NCBI GenBank assembly: GCA_032718475.1
Contig: JAUCBJ010008855.1
Span: 1-44,587, forward strand
From: Nemertoderma westbladi
Lineage: Eukaryota; Animalia; Xenacoelomorpha
Length of the DNA stretch: 44,587 nucleotides
Direction: 5' to 3'
Positions within the stretch are counted from its first letter, which is position 1. The number at the start of each line of letters is the position of its first letter. Under the pieces are notes generated by a model, which made no database searches, had not been told where the DNA came from, and was given only the letters and a program-made list of their open reading frames with translations. The translations under genes were made by a program, and so were the position numbers. This document shows, piece after piece, positions 35,736 to 44,587 of the stretch.

Positions 35736-38700
35736 TTGAGAACATCCCCTAGCACTGTAGCATTACAGATTGTACCACTGCGGGTACATTCTGCAGGTAA
35801 AACTGTTGAAACTTTTGCTTTGTTAGATCCCTGTAGCCAGATCTCTGCAGTTTGTGAAGATCTAGCTAACAAACTGGATCTTAAGGGTGAGCAAAAACCA
35901 TTGAGAATCGGCACTATTAATTCAGATGGAGAAACTGTAAAGTCCTTATTAAGCTCCATTGATGTTCTACCTGTAAATAGTGAGTCTGTATTTCCTGTCC
36001 CACGGACTTGGGTTTTATCCAAGTTAAAAATCGCAAATCAGCGTTTTGATTGGCCCAAGATTAAATCTTCCTGGAGTCATTTATCTGATCTAGATCTTCC
36101 AGCTGTAGATTCAAATAAAGTAGGCGTCCTGTTGGGTGCTGATGTCTTTGATGTAATTCGTCAACTCGATTATCGTCCTGGCCCTTCTGGCTCCCCTTCG
36201 GCAGTTTTGACTAATTTTGGGTGGACTTGTACTTCTACCGTACCTCTTCATCCCCTTTCTGATGATGAATGCCAGCATATCATGCATGTCCGTTATTTAG
36301 ACTCCCGTCCAGGTGCTGATGCTTGTGCAGACATTGACTGTTCTTCAGAGACTTTACTCACATGATTCTGGAATACTGATTCATTCGGTGTTAATCCTTG
36401 TAAATCTTTGCCTATAAATCATGAGGAAGCTACTGCTCGTGATATGCTTGAGTCTAACATACGCCATACAGGTGAACGATATGAAACCAGTTTACTTTGG
36501 AGATCCCCTACCATCCAATTGCCCAATAATAAACGAACAGCTATTAGGTGCCTTCAGGCTACTGAAAAACGTCTTAATCGTAATCCAATTTTACATAAAC
36601 GTTACCATGAAACCTTTCAAGGATACATAGATAAAGGTTTTGCCGTAAAGGTTGACATTGATGAACCTGATCCACCTGGTAGAACATGGTATCTCCCTCA
36701 TCACCCAGTATTAAATCCGAACAAACCTGATAAGGTACGCATCGTTTTCAATGCTTCGGCTAAGGAGCATGGTGTTTCTCTAAACGACTGCCTGCTTAAA
36801 GGACCTGATTATCTTGCCAGTCTTGTGGGTGTTTTACTTAGATTTAGAGAAAGATCGATTGCAATATCTGGAGATATCACTGCCATGTACCACCAAGTTG
36901 CTGTCAAACGCAAAGACCAGGATGCCTTGAGATTTCTTTGGGGTGGTCCAAGCCATGCTAAGCCTCCTGGGGTGTATCGTATGGTACGAGAAATATTTGG
37001 GGCTATATCTTCATCATCATCCTGCTTCTTTGCACTTATTCGTACAGCACGAGATTTCTGTTTAGAATTTCCTTTACCGGCCTCTAAAGTCGAAATCTGT
37101 TTCTATGCAGATAATTATTTTGATTCTTGCGACTGAGGAAGCCATCACCCTTGTCAAGGGCATGGTAGAGCTCTTATCTAAGGGTGGGTTCCATCTGGGC
37201 CAATGGATATCTTCTTCCTATGAAGTTCTTTCAGTGATACCAAAGGGGGATCGAGCAGATCCCTTACTTGATTTAGATGTTGATGAACTCCCTGTTGAAC
37301 GTGCTTTAGGTGTCAAGTGGAACTGTTCAACTGACTGTTTTGTCTTCTACACTAAGATCATCGACCTTAGTCATACCATGAGAAATGTTCTAAGACAATC
37401 ATCGTCATTATTTGATCCTTTAGGATTCTTGACACCATTCTTGCTTATTGTTAAGGTCCTAATGCAAGAGATGTGGAGGAGACGTCTGGCATGGGATGAT
37501 CCACTTCCTGATGATCTGGTAGTTTGATGGGAGCATTGGTTATCTGAGCTCCATCTTCTTGAAAAGGTTCACATACCCCGTTGTTATTTTCCCAGATTGC
37601 CACAACTCCAGAACACTCAGTTACATGTTTTTGGTGACGCCTCTACTGTTGGCTTTGGTGCTGTGGCTTACCTTAGGGGTAGTTATTCTACCAGTGATAT
37701 TAGGGTAGCCTTTGTTATGTCGAAGTCTCGTGTCGCCCCAGTCAAGGCTTTGTCGGTTCCACGCCTTGAGCTGCAAGGTGCATTATTAGCAGTGAGGCTG
37801 TCTAAGTTAATTACAACCGAACTTAGAATCCATGTTGACAAATTTATATATTGGAATTCTTAATCCTGCTGATCATTGTAGTCGAGGTCTTCTCTTGTCT
37901 GAACTCCACTCTGACCATCCTTGGTTTCAAGGTCCAGATTATCTAAGATCCCCTGAAAATCAGTGGCCAGCCAGTTTAGCAATCCCTGATAACCCAGTTG
38001 AAGGTGATCCTGAAGTCAAGGCGGTATATGCTGTCCATGTTGCTGAATCCTTTACTTTCGAATTTGTATCAAAGTTGTCATCCTTATCTAGAGCCCAACG
38101 TGTCCTTGCTTGGGTATTTAGGTTTATCCAAAACTGTCGAAACAAGGTTCATCAGCATTCTACTCTGAGTGTTTCAGAACTCAGGTATTCATTAAATTAT
38201 ATGATCAAGTCTGTACGAAATTCCTTTTACTCCAATGAGATTGCCAATTTATCCAATGGGAACCCTGTTGGAAAAGATAGCTCTTTGTTGACATTGCTTC
38301 CCGAGTTGGATGAAGATGGTTTACTCAGAGTTGGTGGCCGTATTTCGAAGTCTGACCTCCCTAATTCTGTATGTCACCCTATTATCCTCCCTAACAATTG
38401 TAGGTTTACTGATCTTGTTATTCTAAATACTCACAAGATAGTTTTTCACGAAGGAGACGATCATACCTTAAATAATTTAAGACAAACCTACTGGGTTCCT
38501 AAAGCAAGATCTTTGATTCGTAAGCTTTTATTTCGTTGTACATTTTGTAAGAAACGTCGAGCTCGGCCTGTTGCTCCTCTTATGGCTGCTTTACCCCGGC
38601 CGCGATTGTCTCCTATGACATTTCCATTCCGAAACATGGGTATAGACTATTTCGGTCCACTTTATGTCCATCATCTTAGACGAACAGAGAAACGTTATTG

Positions 38701-39535
38701 TCTTCTCGTAACTTGCCTTGTAACAAGGGCAGTCCATTTAGAGATTGTCCATTCCATGGATACAGACAGTTTTCTTATGGGCTTTCGTAGAGTATTTGCC
38801 CATCGTGGTACCCCCGCTATTGTTTATAGTGATAATGGCAGCAATTTCACTAGTGGTGAAAAGGAACTCCGAGAGTGCCTTGAAGTTCTTGATCAGTCTT
38901 CTATCAAAAATTCTCTAGCTCAGAAAGGAATTACATGGCATTTTAATCCCCCTGCTGCACCACATTTTGGTGGTGTTTGGGAACGTCTGGTTAGATCTGC
39001 AAAGAAATCTTTAAAAGTGATTCTTGGTAACCAGCGTGTAACAGATGAGGTTCTCGAAACAGTTATCGTTGAGGTCGAACATTTAATGAATAGTCGTCCA
39101 CTCACGCATATTAGCCTAGATCCTCATGAACCAGAAGCAATAACACCGAACCACATCGTACTTGGTCGTGGTAATCCCAATATAGCCCCTGCTTTTGTCG
39201 ATGATTCTGACATTGGCAGTAAGAAACATTGGTTGTCTACTCAAGCTTTAATAAACAACTTCTGGAAGCGATGGATGACTGAATATGTTCCATCTCAAAT
39301 TGAACGTAAAATTTGGTTAAGACATCGCAGAAACTTATGTCCTGGGGACATAGTTCTTGTTGTATTCTCGAACTCTCCCAGGGGACATTGGCCTCTTGGT
39401 AAAGTTTTGGAAACCTTTCCCGGGTCTGACGGAGTTGTCCGTTCCGTTAAGGTCCGTGTAAATGGAAAAGACTATACTCGACCCGTTGTAAAAGTATGCC
39501 TCTTAGAAGAGGCTAACAATGAAAGAAATGTGTAA
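35736..39535 (+). pseudogene. pol: BEL/Pao pol: aspartic protease, RT, RNase H and integrase, broken by stops, frameshifts and an apparent deletion near 37855
   Basis: ALLDPCSQ (PR). WYLPHHPV, KVRIVFNAS, SLNDCLLKGP, DITAMYHQV, FYADN (RT). LHVFGDAS, SVPRLELQGA, NPAD (RH). H..H..C..C, GIDYFGP, YSDNG, GGVWERLVR, NSRPL, WPLGKV (IN). Confidence 0.95.
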
Positions 39536-39565
39536 CTCCTCTTACATCGTAGTTAGTGCCGGCTT

Positions 39566-39703
39566 TGTTACAGCTGGTCTCGTTTACCTTAACTTATTGT
39601 GCTATATCTTATTGTGCTATATGTTATTCCACCTACCGGGCATTTCATAAACTGAATATATTATTAGCCAATAGAAATTAGCCACCTTTATGTTTGGTAT
39701 ATA
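39566..39703 (+). repeat. Truncated 3' LTR of element B (138 bp)
   Basis: Matches 32072-32209 with two C/T differences, then switches abruptly to AGTAGTATG. Confidence 0.95.
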
Positions 39704-39779
39704 AGTAGTATGCTAAACAACGTGATTGAGACAGCGTCTGCCATAGTCTACCATGTTAAAGAATTTGCCGAACGGCTCT

Positions 39780-40078
39780 TGCCCCGCCTACTTACTATGA
39801 TTACTATTGTTGCCCCACCCACTTACTATGGTTACCATGGTTACCATTGTGCATATGTAACATATGTCACCGCTGTGTATATATGTGACATACACGGTAT
39901 AAGACCAGTTTGCAGGCGTGCCCCGCCTACTTACTATGATTACTATTGTTGCCCCACCCACTTACTATGGTTACCGTGGTTACCATTCTTGACCCCGCCA
40001 TGGTTACTATGGTTACCATTGTGCATATGTAACATATGTCACCACTGTGTATATGCGACATATGCGGTATAAGGCCAG
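39780..40078. repeat. Two ~140-bp tandem units with internal TTAC(T/C)ATGG subrepeats
   Basis: GCCCCGCCTACTTACTATGATTACTATTGTTGCCCCACCCAC at about 39781 and 39920. Confidence 0.9.
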
Positions 40079-40315
40079 TCCACAGACGGAAGTAATTTAA
40101 TTAATTCGTGTCTACCGGTCGGCGTTTGACCTTGAACCGCAATAGGTAAAGTGGGCAAACCCATAATATTACACTTTTAATTACAGTTGCAACAGCTCAT
40201 CTCCAATTTATTTAATAAAGTCTTTAACATGATAGACTATTACAGACGCAACGACTAAAAAAAGGTGAATAAACACAGACTAACGGCGGCTCTTTAATGA
40301 TTTGATTATTCTACT

Positions 40316-41085
40316 TATGGGGCGAGCCATGAAGTGAGTGATAGCATCGAAGTAAGGTTATAACGCAACAACTAAAAAGGTAAATAAACACAGACTTATG
40401 GGGGCGAGCCATGAAGTGAGTGATAGCATCGAAGTGAGGTTATTGTATTTATACTTATCACTACGCTGAAGTAAGGTTATTGTATTTTAATGATTTGATA
40501 AGGTTATAGTATTTATAATAATATTATTTTAATTTGATTATTCTACCTATGGGGCGAGCCATGAAGTGAGTGATAGCATCGAAGTAAAGGTTATTGTATT
40601 CAACTAACGACAGCCTATCACCACGCAACAACCTATGGGGCGAGCCATGAAGTGAGTGATAGCATCGAAGTAAGGTTATTGTATTTATACTTATCACTAT
40701 GCAACAAGTTGTGGGGCGAGCCACGAAGTGAGTATAAGGTTATAGTATTTATAATATTATTTTAATTTGATTATTCTACCTATGGGGCGAGCCATGAAGT
40801 GAGTGATAGCATCGAAGTAAGGTTAATTTAATTTGATCATTTACTTAAATCCGACGCCGCTTTATTTAAAAATTTCTCCCACCACCCCACCCGCTTATCC
40901 CGCTATCACCATCTGCCCAATCTTCTTCCGCATCCACAACATCATTACCACTACCACCATCACCCGACATCCCCTTCATTCCTTTCCAACATTGAAAAAA
41001 TGGGGCGAGCCATGAAGCGAGTGAAGCCTTAGCATATGGGCACCATTAATGAGTTGTGGGGCGAGCTACGGCGAAGTATGGTAAT
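40316..41085. repeat. Interspersed ~45-bp direct repeat (TATGGGGCGAGCCATGAAGTGAGTGATAGCATCGAAGTAAGGTTAT), about 8 full or partial copies
   Basis: Copies near 40317, 40397, 40548, 40634, 40710, 40781, 41001 and 41056, with variable AT-rich linkers. Confidence 0.93.
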
Positions 41086-41174
41086 TGTATTTATAATATT
41101 ATCATTATACCAACAAATTTGATTATTATACTTAAATCCATCACCATTACTATTTTAAAATTTCTTCCACCAAC

Positions 41175-41618
41175 TCACCCATTTATCCCACTATCCTCGC
41201 TATCTACATCCGCCGCATTATTACCATTACCACCACCACCATCACCCAACACCTCCATCATTCCTTCTAACATCTCAATCCTTTCTTTCATCACCTTCTC
41301 CTGCGCACACCTCTCAGCTTCCCTCGCTCTCCTAACCCCCTCAGCCTCCATCTCCAACTCCCAATCTTCACCCCACGCGCTGTTCTTTCTCGCCTCTTCC
41401 TCCAAATAATGGTTCTTCTCTATCTCCTCCCACTTGTTTCTCGGATTTAACAACCTCTCCAACCGCGCTTCTTCTTTCTCCCTCGCATACATAGCCACCA
41501 ATATTGCTTCATTCTCCTTCGCTATTTCAGCCGCCACATCCACATCTTCCTCCTCTTCCACCTCTTCCTCCGCATCCATATCTACTTCATCCACCACAAG
41601 TTCATTTTCCCCCAACAT
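41175..41618 (-). CDS. Acidic, coiled-coil-like hypothetical protein (147 aa)
   Basis: ATG start after an AT-rich gap. Glu-rich, helical composition. No recognisable family. Confidence 0.55.
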   Translation of the reverse strand: MLGENELVVDEVDMDAEEEVEEEEDVDVAAEIAKENEAILVAMYAREKEEARLERLLNPRNKWEEIEKNHYLEEEARKNSAWGEDWELEMEAEGVRRAREAERCAQEKVMKERIEMLEGMMEVLGDGGGGNGNNAADVDSEDSGING

Positions 41619-41850
41619 ATCCGCGTATAATAAATAAAATAATGTAATAAATATATAAATATGTGTATAATAATGTATAATACTATAAATAAATTTATAT
41701 AATATTTATTTCAATCGATAATTCATTATACCAACAAATAATTTACCACCACAAAATAATAATAATAATTTAACAGTGCCCGGCTCGTTGCGGCGACACC
41801 GCCTACGAACATGGCCTATTTATATAATAAAGTTTCTACCGCTCGAAGAT

Positions 41851-42072
41851 TCACACTGAATGTTTATTCTTCTTTATTTGAGGTTGCCCATTAGTCTCGA
41901 TTTCATTGAAAATGTCTTCACCATCATCCGTATCATTGACGATGTCCTCTTCAAAGTCGCTGATATCTTCATACTCATAGCTAGGTGTTTTATTCACGAT
42001 GAGATCAATTTTTCGCTTAAGCGCTTGTTCTTTCATGGCTTTAGGTGTTTTCATCTTCATCTGAGCGCTCAC
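41851..42072 (-). CDS. Small basic/acidic ORF, possibly a frameshifted tail of the upstream gene
   Basis: Overlaps the stop of 42069..43058. Contains KRK and an acidic EDISDFEED tract. Confidence 0.35.
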   Translation of the reverse strand: MSAQMKMKTPKAMKEQALKRKIDLIVNKTPSYEYEDISDFEEDIVNDTDDGEDIFNEIETNGQPQIKKNKHSV

Positions 42073-43970
42073 ACCCCAACGAGGGTATCAATATCCTTAT
42101 AATCATTCTTTTTTTCAGTGCTGTCTACCTGTTCATTTTCTGCAATCGCAGGCAACCAGATTTTTTTCTCATCCATTTTCTTAGCAGCGACTTTTACTGC
42201 TTCGGACGTCTTCAGCTGACTAGCATTGTTCGGCATTTCCACTTTCATTAGTTCCTCGTCCGCTAATTCATCAATCGCAGCCTCAACAACTAACTTTTTA
42301 ATCGGTAGAAACTCACACCCAGACGGAATATCGCGGTCCGCGTACTTCTGTAATTGCTTAATTATCTCGACATTTGCGTTGTTTCGAGGGATGAAAATAA
42401 CCTTGGTGTCGAAGTTGTGGGACAAATATATCCCGTTTTTGTTAACGGTTGATGTGTACCTCATACTAACCTCATCGATATTCTCGTTAACATTCTTATC
42501 TATGTTAAAGTCGAGCAAACAGAATTCATCCGCTCTGAGATTCAACCCATCGTAATATATAACACCCTTCCGCTGTCTACCTATATCATCCGCTTCCCAA
42601 ACGCCGACAAATCGTTGCCCTTCAAAGTCGTAGATATATCCAATGTACCCACAATCTTCGAACTCCATAAAATTCTCATCATGAATTTCCTTCTTTTTTG
42701 GTTCAATACGGGAAAGAACGACTTTGCCGTAGATGTTTTGTAAGACATCTAGAATTTTTCGCGAGATAAAAAATGATGCGCCGTTTTTCCCAATGCGTAA
42801 GTACGCATGATTTATCGGTGTTATAAGCAAATTGCCTCGGGTGTATTCCTTGTAATATTCAACGGCTATTTTATTATAATTGAGGAAGTCAAACAGGAAT
42901 CTTATGTTCTGGTAAGTAAGACTTACCGATTCTTGTACGACGTTGCGTCCTTTGGTATCACCCCAACGGTTGAATCGAACGTATTTCCCGTTAAATGCTT
43001 TTATTTCTATTCCTTCCCCCAAACACTCGAGGCCCCACACACTCTTACCTGTAATCACCGATACGTATGGGGCGGGCGCACTATCAGTAGAGCTACCGCT
43101 TAACCCTTTCGGTACCTAACTGGAAATTATTCAAACCCCCAAGTACCCAACTCTAATTCATGAATTTCTGAAGTCTGTCAGTCTTTCTGTCAGTTTGTCT
43201 GTCAAGACTTGAGAAAGAATAAAATCTACTAACATTCTTGCTATGGGGGTTTTCCTGGTCAAGGATTTCATTTCCGCTGTCAGTTTTCAATTTTGACCCT
43301 ATCCAGACTGTTTGTCGGTCTGTCTGTCGGTCTGTCTGTCAGTCTGTCTGTCCGTCAAAAATATAAGGATTCACATTAGCTAATTAAAATTCTCTCTATG
43401 GGGGTTTTCCTGGTCAAGTATTTCATTTCCGCTGTCAGTTTTCACTTTTGACCCTATCCAGAATGTCTGTTGGTCTGTCTGTCGGTCTGTCTGTCCGTCA
43501 AAATTATAAGAATCACATTAGCTAATTAAAATTCTCTCTATGGGGGTTTTCCTGGTCAAGGATTTCACTTCCGCTGTCAGTTTTCACTTTTGACCCTATC
43601 CAGACTGTCTGTCGGTCTGTCTGTCGGAGAGTTTGTTTAGGCTTTTTTGTTTAGGCTGTTTAGTCAGTTTAGGCGTACCTTACTGCAGTACTGCCTTATT
43701 CTGTTATTGCTAAAGTCTGGAAGTCTGTAAGCAGGTCTGCAGTAGGCCGACCGTAGTTAAATTATAGTAGATACAAGCTGAAATGCGCCGCTAACATATA
43801 GAAGCATGTACTTAAGAGTCCAGCAACATTTTCCCTTCTTAGAAATCGAATAAATGTCATGGAACAGACGTGTGTGTCATGGCGCAATACCCATGGAACA
43901 GACGTATGTGCCATGGTACCGAAAGGGTTAATGACATCATTTTTGGTTGTGATGGTTTCGCAGATTCCAT
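42069..43970 (-). pseudogene. Putative tandem PC4-like ssDNA-binding protein (about 357 aa when reconstructed), split by a piggyBac MITE
   Basis: Removing the MITE and one TTAA joins ATG at 43970 (MESAKPSQPKMMS) in frame to LSGSSTDSAPAPYVSVITGK. Two PC4-like segments: IEIKAFNGKYVRF..SVSLTYQNIRFL and YIYDFEGQRFVGV..GLNLRADEFCLL. The in-frame join is seen; PC4 is inference. Confidence 0.7.
43104..43927. mobile_element. Non-autonomous piggyBac-type MITE (824 bp)
   Basis: TTAA TSD at 43100-43103 and 43928-43931. Perfect 13-bp TIR CCCTTTCGGTACC / GGTACCGAAAGGG. Internal ~142-155-bp tandem units (43241, 43396, 43538) with CTGT microsatellites. Confidence 0.93.
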
Positions 43971-44587
43971 CAACAAATTTTGTGAAATATTAATAATTAA
44001 GTGTAAAATTACAATAATATCGCGCTATACAATGTGCGAAAAATATGATAATGAATGAATTAATCTGAATGAGAAAATAAAGTATTTTACGACGTATTTA
44101 TAATATAATGATGGGCTATCGGGAAATCGGGTATATTTTAACCACTCAACCGGTTTAATCGCTATTGTCCTGAGAAGAATTTTTTTGAAATACTTCCTAT
44201 AAATTTCAATGGAAATATTTATTTACGCTTAAATTGGTTGACGTAAGTGGTGACAGCTTTGCAGTAGCGATTAATGCGACCGATAGAAATTTCTATAGAC
44301 ACACCCCAGAATTTCTACAGAATATTACTCACGGTTAAATTGATTGACGTCAACTGTATTAACTGTGTAGCTTCTTAGAAGTTTCATAATTTTAAGCATG
44401 AGCGAATTTAATTTAATGTCGGGAATCGCAGGGTTCAGGAAAGTCAATTCCATTTTTGTCTGAATTTCTAGAGCCTAAACTTAGTAAGTTGTCTTCTGGG
44501 TTGTAATGTATTGACCAAAACGCGTCAAGACCAAGTATGTTATTTTTTTAAAGACGATAAGCCAAATATATTTATTAAATCCCCGTA

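Larger units (their letters stand above)
32072..39703 (+). mobile_element. BEL/Pao LTR retrotransposon (element B), nearly full length, inactivated; 3' LTR interrupted
   Basis: Order is LTR, PBS, gag, PR, RT, RH, IN, LTR, with BEL-specific motifs. Several stops and frameshifts. Confidence 0.96.
39704..44587. mobile_element. Putative Polinton/Maverick-like element terminus (core genes not in the window)
   Basis: Starts with AGTAGT exactly at the LTR breakpoint. Repeat-rich terminal region, followed by compact intronless ORFs including a PC4-like protein. No pPolB, integrase or capsid gene is visible. Confidence 0.55.

Noticed and set aside
40316-41085. CRISPR-like repeat/spacer appearance
   Set aside because: The linkers vary widely in length and are copies of one another, there are no cas genes, and the context is eukaryotic TE sequence.
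44228-44356. Two TTAAATTG(G/A)TTGACGT motifs as a promoter for the PC4-like gene
   Set aside because: Plausible ATF/CREB-like sites, but too short to support from sequence alone.

Overview
AT-rich eukaryotic (invertebrate-like) genomic window made almost entirely of transposable elements. I see no supportable host protein gene, rRNA, tRNA or CRISPR array. From left to right: a CR1/L2-group RT fragment (2.4-3.1 kb); a near-perfect 158-bp palindrome; a TA-flanked TIR element containing a 142-bp tandem array (4.4-7.0 kb); a decayed Gypsy integrase interrupted by a 5'-truncated RTE copy (12-13 kb); minisatellites; and a near-intact CRE-clade non-LTR retrotransposon whose single reading frame begins with a Ulp1/C48 SUMO-type protease (17.6-21.4 kb). 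From 23.4 kb to the end is a four-level nest. An internally deleted minus-strand BEL/Pao element carries a decayed accessory ORF (DEDD-like exonuclease plus three CCHC knuckles, 3' end triplicated). An RTE LINE and a second, almost full-length BEL/Pao element inserted into it. The second element's 3' LTR is cut by an AGTAGT-starting, Polinton/Maverick-like sequence, and that sequence's PC4-like gene is split by a TTAA piggyBac MITE. All family assignments come from motif recognition by eye; no database searches were run.
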